This document shows, in pieces, positions 56,565 to 64,000 of a DNA stretch of 64,000 bases. The first letter of the stretch is position 1; every line of letters begins with the position of its first letter. Under the pieces are notes generated by a model, which ran no database searches, was not told where the DNA came from, and saw only the letters and a program-made list of their open reading frames with translations. The translations under genes were made by a program, and so were the position numbers. Origin of the DNA: Acutalibacteraceae bacterium (GTDB lineage: Bacteria > Bacillota > Clostridia > Oscillospirales > Acutalibacteraceae); assembly GCA_051880695.1 (NCBI GenBank), contig JBJEOK010000049.1, forward strand, positions 300 through 64,299, read 5' to 3'.

Positions 56565-57105
56565 CAAGGTTGTGCTTTTAAAAAAAATCAGGCTAAATAA
56601 AGGTGGACGCGAAAATTTCCGGCAAGCGGAAATTTTCTTTGGTCGGAGGTTGTGCTTCTACATTAGAGGGATATAACAGTCGGGTGGGCCGCAGCAGCAC
56701 CTTCGGTGCTGCTGCGGCGGCGGCAAGGGCGGCGGCTGCGCCGCCGCAGGGCAAGCTGAAAGCTTGCCCTAAGTCAGCGACCGCTTGCGGTCGCTGACGC
56801 CTTGCCGCCTGCAGCTACGCACCGCCGATGTCCCATCGGCGGTGCGTAGCTGCTTTCTACTGCTCACCTTACGTAGAAGCAGAACCTAAATCCCCGGCGA
56901 AAATTGATGGCACCTCCACGGGTCTGTTTTCAGAACCGAGGGGGTGCCTGAAATTTTCGCCCTACACCGTAAGATTGCATTTTACTGCCTTTTAATAAAA
57001 GCACCCACTTACACAAACCCACCTAATCTCAACCTCACTTTATCCCCAAAAGCACAACTTTGCCTCCACGTAAACAGTTAACCCGTTTATGTGGAGGCAA
57101 TTTTT
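56565..57105 (+). ncRNA. candidate large structured ncRNA (unclassified; nested multi-way junctions, GC-rich core, C/A-rich tail, own terminator)
   Basis: No plausible CDS on either strand. Many mutually compatible helices (see findings). G.U pairs in 56683-56689/56862-56868, 56909-56917/56940-56948 and the terminator stem are valid only for a plus-strand transcript. The 5' end is not defined. Confidence 0.6.
57060..57105 (+). terminator. intrinsic terminator of the candidate ncRNA
   Basis: gcctccacgtaaac (57062-57075) / gtttatgtggaggc (57085-57098), 14 bp with one G.U (plus strand only), then aattttt. Confidence 0.75.
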
Positions 57106-57150
57106 ACATATTAAGCGGTAGAAGTCAGCCTTTAAATACTAACTGTAAAT

Positions 57151-59961
57151 TTAAAACACAACCGTTGCAATAAACAAATCCCCGCTTATACTTATCTGCA
57201 GTTTAGCACCTTGTACATTACAAAGATTTTCCGCAATTGAAAGGCCTAAGCCGTTACCCTCTGTTGAACGGGAGCTGTCACCGCGTACAAACCTTGCTTT
57301 CAGCTCCTCTGCTGAAATATTCAGTGGCATTTCTGAAATATTTTTGAATATAACGTAGGCTTTACCGCCCTCATTTTTCAGTGTGACGTAAACCCTTGTG
57401 CCGTAAAGGCTGTACTTTTCAATGTTTACAACCAGGTTTTCAAAAACTCTGTAAAGGAGCTTTCCGTCAGCCTTTACAACGATGTTTTCTTCGGGAATTT
57501 CCGCAACAATGCTGAGCTTTTTCTTTTCAAGGCTGTCACTGTGTTCACCTAAAAGCTGGTTTAAAATCTCATTTAGGCTCACGTCAATAAGGTTTACCTT
57601 TATGTTGCCTGTTGACGCCTTTGACGCTTCCACCAAATCCTCGATAAGCTTTTTAAGGCGGTCGCTTTTCTCGCCTAAAACATCCAGGTATTCCTTAGCG
57701 GTTTCGTCGGTTATGCTGCAGTTTTTAAGCAGTTCAACATAATTTATTATACTTGTAAGGGGAGTTTTCAGGTCGTGAGAGACGTTAGTAATAAGCTCGG
57801 TTTTTGTCTGCTCTTGTTTGACGGCTTCATTAACGGCGCTGTTAAGTCCGTCACGGATGTTTATAACATTATCGGCACACTTTTTAAGTGAGAGGGGCAT
57901 TTTGCTCGTGTCAATGTAAACATTCATATTGCCCTGCCTTAAAAGCTCAAGATTTTTAATGATAACGCCGAGATTATAAAGGTACCTGATGAATAGAGCG
58001 AAGCAAACAATGTCAGCCGCTGCCAAAAACAGTGCAATAAGTATCGTACTGTTATTATAAATTTCTATATATGCTGCGAGGGCAAAAATACCGTTCAATA
58101 CAAAGAAGATTATACCTTTAACGAGCATTGACTTAGCAACATCTTTTACAAAGCTATACTTCTGACCTATGCTTTCGGCTTTTTCCCTGATTTTTTCAGG
58201 CCCTTTTTTGAAAAGCCATACTATAAAAATATTTTTCACAAAGCTATTGTTTTTGATATGCCTTGCGGCAAAAAGAAGATAATCAAGTACAAGCGCCGTA
58301 ATAGCTACTGCCGACACTACGGAAACTATTGATGCCAACGTGATTAAAACCGAATAATCAAAGTCCAACACATCAATATACATCATCAAACACATAAAAA
58401 TTGCAACAACTCCGCCGATTAAACTGCCGTTTATGATAAATCTTAAATCGGTAAAAATACGGTCGGTTTTTAAAAGGTGCACTCCGCTTTCACCGTTTTT
58501 ACGTCCTGCGCCTAAAAGGAGAATTACAAAGCAAGCAATAAATATTACAAAGAAAATCAGGCATATAATAAGGCTGTCTTTTAAAAGCTCTCTTGTTGTG
58601 TAAACATCGTCTATAGCTTTGGTAAATGCGTCCTCGCCGCCGGTGAAGCTTGTGTCAACAAAGAAGTAGTATTCGGTGTTGCCTTCTAAATCAACAAAGG
58701 TGCTTGCGGTTTTACCCGCTTTGTTACCGTTTACTGTTTCTGTCTGACTGTTTGTTGTACCGTAAGTATAAACAGAAGTGGTTGCATAAGTGGTAGCATA
58801 AGTGGTAGCATAAGTCACTTCCTCGGAAATTTCTGTTTCATCTTCGGTTGTAATGGGATCTGTAACAGTGGTCGGTATACCGCCGATATAACCGTCAGGG
58901 TCATCATAGTAGTAATCCTCATATTCAGAATTACTCAAATAACGGGACTCGTTTGAAAAATAAAGATCGGGTGAAACACCGTTCCTGCTCCAATATTTGT
59001 CACTGCTTGAAACCAAATATTTTTCTCTTAGCACATAAAAACCGCTTTTTGACGCTGTGTTATATATTTCATTATAGGTTATATCCTTACTTAAATCGGT
59101 GTTGGTGAAAACTCTGCCGTCAGGTGTTCTTATGAAATAAGAGGCATTTTTATATTTATTATCAAGCTCATTTTTTAAGCGCTTGTATTCTTCCTGAAAA
59201 TCCTCAAGGCTTATATATAAATTGCCGTTTACATCAAAGCCGTTAAAAAGTATACCGTATTTATTAAGGTTATCTTTTAAAGCAGCCTCATTTATTTTAT
59301 AGGTATAATATCCGCTTTCGATTTTTGTGCCGGTGTCAACGTCTTCTATGTTGGGCATAGCGATTATGCCGTCGTAGTCGGTTTTGGTTATGTTTTTCTC
59401 GTAACCCTGCGGCAAGGTGACCGCTTCGGAAAATTCGTCAAAGGGCAAGTCATATACTGCTTCTCCGTAATCACTTTCAAAGTTATAATACACATTTTCT
59501 CCGTCGGCATAAACGCCTAAGTTTTCCATTAAATCAGCATATTTAAAAATTGCGCTTAAATAATAATCCGAAAAACCGGAACGTTCACCGTTAAAATACT
59601 TAATAAGGCTGCTTTTATATACTTCATACAGTGCCGCGCTTTCGGCTTTTGCATTTGAGGCAAGCTTTTCATAGTCCTCTTTTGTGCCGTCGCCGTAATT
59701 TACCAAAAGATTACCTAAATCGGTGACATAATCATCGGTAAAAGTGTTCAAAACAGTGTTTTCTTCAACTTTTTTACGGCTGTTTTCGCCCGTGAAGCTC
59801 ATCAGTACATTATTAACAATGTCAAAATTGTTTGTTTCGTCAATTTTTTTAAAAGCACCGCAAACCTGCAGTACAATCATACCCACACTTAATAGGGCAA
59901 GGCAAAAAGCCAATACTTTCAGCCATTTGGGAGTTCTATATTTTTTCAATTCTGTATCCAA
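57151..59961 (-). CDS. sensor histidine kinase with about 430-aa extracytoplasmic domain
   Basis: 'VSHDLKTPLTSI' H-box and 'GNGLGLSIA' G2 box. One N-terminal TM, a large ectodomain, then a multi-TM block. TTG start overlaps the response-regulator gene end. Confidence 0.88.
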   Translation of the reverse strand: MDTELKKYRTPKWLKVLAFCLALLSVGMIVLQVCGAFKKIDETNNFDIVNNVLMSFTGENSRKKVEENTVLNTFTDDYVTDLGNLLVNYGDGTKEDYEKLASNAKAESAALYEVYKSSLIKYFNGERSGFSDYYLSAIFKYADLMENLGVYADGENVYYNFESDYGEAVYDLPFDEFSEAVTLPQGYEKNITKTDYDGIIAMPNIEDVDTGTKIESGYYTYKINEAALKDNLNKYGILFNGFDVNGNLYISLEDFQEEYKRLKNELDNKYKNASYFIRTPDGRVFTNTDLSKDITYNEIYNTASKSGFYVLREKYLVSSSDKYWSRNGVSPDLYFSNESRYLSNSEYEDYYYDDPDGYIGGIPTTVTDPITTEDETEISEEVTYATTYATTYATTSVYTYGTTNSQTETVNGNKAGKTASTFVDLEGNTEYYFFVDTSFTGGEDAFTKAIDDVYTTRELLKDSLIICLIFFVIFIACFVILLLGAGRKNGESGVHLLKTDRIFTDLRFIINGSLIGGVVAIFMCLMMYIDVLDFDYSVLITLASIVSVVSAVAITALVLDYLLFAARHIKNNSFVKNIFIVWLFKKGPEKIREKAESIGQKYSFVKDVAKSMLVKGIIFFVLNGIFALAAYIEIYNNSTILIALFLAAADIVCFALFIRYLYNLGVIIKNLELLRQGNMNVYIDTSKMPLSLKKCADNVINIRDGLNSAVNEAVKQEQTKTELITNVSHDLKTPLTSIINYVELLKNCSITDETAKEYLDVLGEKSDRLKKLIEDLVEASKASTGNIKVNLIDVSLNEILNQLLGEHSDSLEKKKLSIVAEIPEENIVVKADGKLLYRVFENLVVNIEKYSLYGTRVYVTLKNEGGKAYVIFKNISEMPLNISAEELKARFVRGDSSRSTEGNGLGLSIAENLCNVQGAKLQISISGDLFIATVVF

Positions 59962-60634
59962 TTCCCCACACCACCTTTATATATTTTGGATTTTTAGTGT
60001 CAAATTCAATTTTTTCACGAATTCGCCTGATGTGTACCGTAACTGTTTTTTCTGTTGAAAAGGCATTTTCATTCCACACGTTTTCATAAATCTGGCTTGA
60101 TGAAAGCGTCCTGCCCATATTTGTCATAAGGTATTCCATAATCTTGTACTCTGTTGCGGTGAGCTTTACTTCCTCGCCGTCAAGGGTGAGACTTCTCGCC
60201 TCGGTATCAAGTGAAAGACCTCCTGTTGAAATCACGCTCTCTTTTTGTGCGGCTCCGCCAAAAGAAACATAACGTCTTATCTGGCTTTTAACCCTCGCAC
60301 AAAGCTCAAGCGGATTAAAGGGCTTTGTTACGTAATCGTCACCGCCAAAGGTAAGACCTGCAATTTTGTCGGTGTCCTCACTTTTTGCAGAGAGAAAAAT
60401 TAGGGGCACGTTGCTTTTTTTGCGAATTTCCAGCGTAGCGGAAATTCCGTCCATTTTCGGCATCATAATATCCATAACGATGCAATGAACAGTCTCTTTT
60501 TGCATTATTTCAAGAGCCTGCAAGCCGTCGAAGGCACAAAGCACATTGTAGCCGTCAGCCTTGAGGTAAATTTCAATTGAACGGACAATGGCTTTGTCAT
60601 CGTCACAGACAAGCACGTTATACACATTGACCAT
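59936..60634 (-). CDS. OmpR-family response regulator
   Basis: 'VLVCDDD', 'DIMMPKMDG' and winged-helix 'IKVVWGIGYR'. Confidence 0.93.
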   Translation of the reverse strand: MVNVYNVLVCDDDKAIVRSIEIYLKADGYNVLCAFDGLQALEIMQKETVHCIVMDIMMPKMDGISATLEIRKKSNVPLIFLSAKSEDTDKIAGLTFGGDDYVTKPFNPLELCARVKSQIRRYVSFGGAAQKESVISTGGLSLDTEARSLTLDGEEVKLTATEYKIMEYLMTNMGRTLSSSQIYENVWNENAFSTEKTVTVHIRRIREKIEFDTKNPKYIKVVWGIGYRIEKI

Positions 60635-60730
60635 CTCCTTTCACTTTTTACGGTACATTTATATTGTAAAGCGGTGTTATTACAATCGGTAACTATAATT
60701 ATAACAGATTTATTACAATTTTCAAATATA

Positions 60731-60766
60731 AAACAAGCAGCTGCACAAATCACAACTGCTTGTTTT
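60731..60766 (-). terminator. probable terminator after the P-type ATPase gene
   Basis: aaacaagcag/ctgcttgttt 10-bp stem with a 16-nt loop. T-rich flanks. Confidence 0.5.
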
Positions 60767-60824
60767 GATTTTCATTTGAACTGTTCTTCCCTATTATTGA
60801 CAAAAACACGGGAAAATGCCGTTT

Positions 60825-63539
60825 TTATGCTTCTTTCTTACTAAGCTTTCTCTGGAATACCTTTACAATTTCAACAATGGGAATTACAAGGAATGCGAGA
60901 ATAAGAGCAATAATATAGGCATCGAAGTTAAGGTGTGTGAAGCCGAAAAGATTTGATAGGAAATCAATTTCAACAACGGCAGTTGTCAGTAAGAATGAGC
61001 CTATCATAGCGCCGTAAAGGGCAACGTTGTGGTGTCCCTTAAAGAGCATTGCAAATGAGGAATCTCTCTGTGAGCGCATATTAAATGAGTGGAAGATTTC
61101 ACACATAGCCATTGTGAAAAATGCCATTGTCATACCCTCTGCACTGTCTTCTATATGGTAGAAGAAGTCCCAGTTGAAGCCGTGGAATAAGCCTTTTTCC
61201 ACAAGCTCTAAATATTCACCGGCATAAAACGCGATAACTGTCAGAATACTTACAAGAATACCTTGATATGCACAGTCAAAGCCTAAACCGCCTGCGAAAA
61301 TGCCGTCTGTTTTACTTCTGGGCTTTCTTCTCATAATGTTTGCTTCGGGCTTTTCAAGGCCGAGAGCAAGGGCGGGAATAGAGTCTGTTACAAGGTTGAT
61401 GAAAAGTAAGTGAGGCGCTTCAAGAATGGTGAACTTCATTATTGTTGCAAAGAAGATTGAAATAACCTCGGAAAGGTTTGAGGAAAGCAGGAACTGGATT
61501 GCTTTACGGATGTTATCGTAAATACGTCTGCCTTCGCCTACTGCGGAAACGATGGTAGCAAAGTTATCGTCGGTAAGAACCATATCGGCAACATTCTTTG
61601 TAACGTCGGTACCGGTAATACCCATACCTACACCGATGTCGGCACTCTTAATTGAGGGCGCATCGTTAACACCGTCACCTGTCATTGCGGTAACATAGCC
61701 CTTATTTTTCCAAGCGTTAACAATTCTTGTTTTGTGCTCGGGCTGAACGCGGGCATATACAAAGATGTTTTCAACAATATTTTCAAATTCCTCATCGGAA
61801 TACTTGTCGATTTCAGCACCCATCATAGCCTGGCTGTCATCGGTGAGGATGCCCAACTCTCTTGCAATTGCCTTTGCGGTGTTGATGTGGTCACCTGTAA
61901 TCATAATAGGTGTAATACCTGCACTGCGGCACTCCATAATCGCGTCCTTAACCTCGGGACGGACAGGGTCAATCATACCTGTAAGACCGATGAAAATCAT
62001 ATCATACTCAAGTGCCGTTGATTCGTAAGCTTCGGGAGCGGCGTCATATTCTTTGTAAGCAACTGCAAAAACACGCAAAGCCTTGTTGCCCATTCTTGTG
62101 TTTTCGTCTGCCGCCGCTTTGAGAATTTCGTCGTTCATGGGAACAATTTGTCCGTCTACGAGTGCTCTGTTACATTTTTTGAGAATTTCATCAGGTGCAC
62201 CCTTTGTATACTGAACGAATTTTCCGCCGACACCGTGAACGGTACTCATCATCTTTCTGCCCGAGTCAAAGGGAACCTCGCCCACTCTCGGAAAAGCAGT
62301 CATAAGCTCAGCTTTTTTCAGACCGATTGAAGAAGCGTAATTGATAAGAGCAACCTCGTCCGGCTCGCCTGTGCCTTTGCCCTCTTCGTCAACGTCTGCG
62401 TTGGTACAAAGAGCCATTGCAGTAGCAAGGAGCTTTTCATCCTGTGCATAATGGTCAACAACGGTCATCACGTTTTGTGTAAGGGTACCTGTTTTGTCCG
62501 AACAAATAATTTGTGTACAGCCGAGAGTTTCAACTGCGTTCATTTTTCTGATGATGGCATTTTTCTTTGACATATTGGTAACGCCTATTGAAAGAACAAT
62601 AGTCATAACCGCAACAAGTCCTTCGGGAATAGCGGCAACGGCAAGTGCGATAGCCGTAATAAAGGAGTGAAGTGCAACATCAAGGAATTGTGCACCCTCA
62701 GTCGGGGAGATAAAGTGCATTGCAATATTGTAGCCGAAAATTACAACGCAAACAGCCAGAACTAACTTTGTAAGTACGCCTGAAAGCTGTTCAAGCTTAA
62801 TTTCAAGGGGAGTTTTGCCTTCTTCTGCAAGGGCAATAGCTGAAGCAATTTTACCCATTTCAGTTTCCATACCGGTAGCAACAACAACTGCCTTGCCACG
62901 GCCGTAAACCAAGGTTGAGCCCATATAAGCCATATTTTTTCTGTCACCTAAGGCCACTTCATCACCCTTGTCCTTTGAAAGGGTAAGAGCCTTGACAAGC
63001 TTATTGACGGGTACTGATTCACCTGTGAGAGCCGCTTCTTCGATTTTCATGCTTGCACATTCAAAAATACGGCAGTCGGCAGGGATAGCGTCACCTGCGT
63101 CAAGCAAAATGACATCGCCTACAACGAGGTCTTCACTTTTAACGGAAACCACCTTGCCGTCACGTAAGGTTTTTGTTGTAGCGGCAGACATTTTCTGCAA
63201 AGCTTCTACGGCTTTTTCCGCTTTATTTTCCTGAACAACACCTAAAACTGCGTTGATGATAACAACGGTAAGAATAATAAGTGCGTCGGTAGGTACGGAA
63301 ACGCCGTTTTCAATAAACTCTGTTACGGTTGAAATTGCAGCGGCGATGATAAGAATAATAATCATCGGGTCTTTCATTTGGTCTACGAGCTTTTTGAAAG
63401 TGGAATCCTTTTTTGCTTCTGCCAGCTTATTTTTTCCGTTCTTTTCAAGCCTTGCCTCTGCTTCAGCGGAAGAAAGACCCTCAGTTGATGAAGAAACGTG
63501 CTGAAAAACTTCATCAACCGTGTGGAGATAGTGTTTCAT
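60825..63539 (-). CDS. P2-type cation-transporting ATPase (Ca2+/Mn2+ efflux type)
   Basis: 904 aa with 'TGESVPV', 'ICSDKTGTLTQN' and 'MTGDGVNDAPSIK'. Preceded by a Mn2+ riboswitch. Confidence 0.92.
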   Translation of the reverse strand: MKHYLHTVDEVFQHVSSSTEGLSSAEAEARLEKNGKNKLAEAKKDSTFKKLVDQMKDPMIIILIIAAAISTVTEFIENGVSVPTDALIILTVVIINAVLGVVQENKAEKAVEALQKMSAATTKTLRDGKVVSVKSEDLVVGDVILLDAGDAIPADCRIFECASMKIEEAALTGESVPVNKLVKALTLSKDKGDEVALGDRKNMAYMGSTLVYGRGKAVVVATGMETEMGKIASAIALAEEGKTPLEIKLEQLSGVLTKLVLAVCVVIFGYNIAMHFISPTEGAQFLDVALHSFITAIALAVAAIPEGLVAVMTIVLSIGVTNMSKKNAIIRKMNAVETLGCTQIICSDKTGTLTQNVMTVVDHYAQDEKLLATAMALCTNADVDEEGKGTGEPDEVALINYASSIGLKKAELMTAFPRVGEVPFDSGRKMMSTVHGVGGKFVQYTKGAPDEILKKCNRALVDGQIVPMNDEILKAAADENTRMGNKALRVFAVAYKEYDAAPEAYESTALEYDMIFIGLTGMIDPVRPEVKDAIMECRSAGITPIMITGDHINTAKAIARELGILTDDSQAMMGAEIDKYSDEEFENIVENIFVYARVQPEHKTRIVNAWKNKGYVTAMTGDGVNDAPSIKSADIGVGMGITGTDVTKNVADMVLTDDNFATIVSAVGEGRRIYDNIRKAIQFLLSSNLSEVISIFFATIMKFTILEAPHLLFINLVTDSIPALALGLEKPEANIMRRKPRSKTDGIFAGGLGFDCAYQGILVSILTVIAFYAGEYLELVEKGLFHGFNWDFFYHIEDSAEGMTMAFFTMAMCEIFHSFNMRSQRDSSFAMLFKGHHNVALYGAMIGSFLLTTAVVEIDFLSNLFGFTHLNFDAYIIALILAFLVIPIVEIVKVFQRKLSKKEA

Positions 63540-63581
63540 ACTAATCTTCCTTTCATTTGATCGTTAAAAGAATGTTTATTA

Positions 63582-63748
63582 TTAAAAAAGACCTTAAACG
63601 AAGCGACTTTTTTCAACTTCGTTTAAGGTCTTGCTACCAATAATATGCCGCAAAAATAAAATTTAATTTAAGCGGTTCAATAAAAATGGCTTGCAAACCA
63701 GCCTTTAAGGCATGATGTTGATTTGCAACTTGGAGCTACTCCCCTCAA
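63582..63748 (-). promoter_or_regulatory. yybP-ykoY (Mn2+) riboswitch with terminator expression platform
   Basis: Minus strand reads uugaGGGGAGUAGCucc ... uugaaccgc-loop-gcggcauauuauugGUAGCAAGACCuuaa, which are the conserved yybP-ykoY blocks. P1 is uugagg/ccuuaa. Terminator aagaccttaaacgaag/cttcgtttaaggtctt (63588-63632) overlaps the 3' aptamer strand and is followed by a U-run. Confidence 0.85.
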
Positions 63749-63760
63749 TATTGTACAATA

Positions 63761-63790
63761 ATAATACCACAAACAGTTGTGAATTGTCAA
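63761..63790 (-). promoter_or_regulatory. sigma-A promoter with extended -10 driving the riboswitch/ATPase transcript
   Basis: Minus strand reads ttgaca (63790-63785), an 18-nt spacer ending tgg (extended -10 TG), then tattat (63766-63761). The aptamer starts about 13 nt downstream. Confidence 0.6.
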
Positions 63791-64000
63791 CATTTTACAG
63801 TATTTTTTTCATCGGCATTTTTTAAAGGCAGATTTTGATTTGAAAGCTTCTTTTTATTTTGGAAAAAGCAAAAAATCGGAACAAGAAAAGCAGAGGGCAC
63901 CGTTGTTGAAAAGGCAAGGAGCATATCATAATAGGTGTCGAATAAATAGTAAAGCTTTGTGTTGCCCACACCTGTACCGAAAAGCTTGAAAAAGAAGCTG
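63787..64000 (-). CDS. 3' end of a hydrophobic (membrane) protein gene running off the window
   Basis: The reading frame is open from the window edge to the stop at 63787. Sequence 'FFFKLFGTGVGNTKLYYLF ... FLVPIFCFF'. No family call possible. Confidence 0.35.
   Translation of the reverse strand, partial: SFFFKLFGTGVGNTKLYYLFDTYYDMLLAFSTTVPSAFLVPIFCFFQNKKKLSNQNLPLKNADEKNTVKC

Noticed and set aside
56590-56640. T-box-like sequence aaaGGTGGaCGCG followed by a terminator-like hairpin
   Set aside because: It lacks the full GGGUGGUACCGCG box. There is no stem I, specifier loop or AG-bulge architecture upstream, and no downstream plus-strand aminoacyl-tRNA-related gene.
56603-56797. 64-aa ORF in the track encoding an Ala-rich peptide (…GAAAAAARAAAAPPQGK…)
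   Set aside because: It has a GTG start with no Shine-Dalgarno sequence. The Ala run is a by-product of GCN-rich hairpin stems, and the ORF spans several perfect stem-loops. It is better explained as structured non-coding RNA.
56565-57105. Identity as RNase P RNA, tmRNA, SRP RNA, 6S RNA or a group I/II intron
   Set aside because: There is no GGAAAGUCC/ACAGAA (RNase P). There is no tRNA-like acceptor/T-arm or tag ORF (tmRNA), and no SRP domain IV motif. It is too large and branched for 6S. There is no domain V-like hairpin, intron ORF or interrupted host gene.

Overview
Low-GC Firmicutes/Clostridia chromosomal segment. Gene content and terminator style suggest an Oscillospiraceae/Ruminococcus-like gut or rumen anaerobe, but that is inference only. 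The window is almost entirely housekeeping: rpmH-rnpA-yidD-yidC-jag (with no adjacent dnaA), gap, copA, the complete rimP-nusA-ylxR-ylxQ-infB-rbfA-nrnA-truB-ribF cluster, rlmH, murA, rarA, secA, mgtC, nifJ (PFOR), an ArsR/ArsP-like/thioredoxin-like cassette, a DtxR/MntR-like repressor, dnaB(DnaD-like)-dnaI, glnA, galT and pduL. It ends with a two-component system and a P-type ATPase that sits behind a clear yybP-ykoY (Mn2+) riboswitch. I found no rRNA, tRNA, transposase, integrase, CRISPR-cas or recognisable defence genes. Two non-coding regions are not explained by ordinary annotation. (1) 43753-44334 is a mosaic array of interspersed repeat modules: a 40-nt core in 6 copies, two kinds of short hairpins that both carry a TAC loop, and a 90-bp unit in tandem. 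A seventh copy at 56317-56452 supplies the last codons and the stop codon of an HD-domain gene. (2) 56565-57105 is a roughly 0.5-kb orphan intergenic region that folds on paper into a very GC-rich RNA with nested multi-way junctions, a C/A-rich tail and its own intrinsic terminator. It shares short motifs with the repeat family. I could not match it from memory to RNase P, tmRNA, SRP, T-box or intron signatures, so it is the best candidate for something novel or a little-known large ncRNA class. It needs Rfam/covariation checks that I cannot run. All coordinates come from the ORF track plus manual reading; start codons were adjusted where a better RBS/start was visible.
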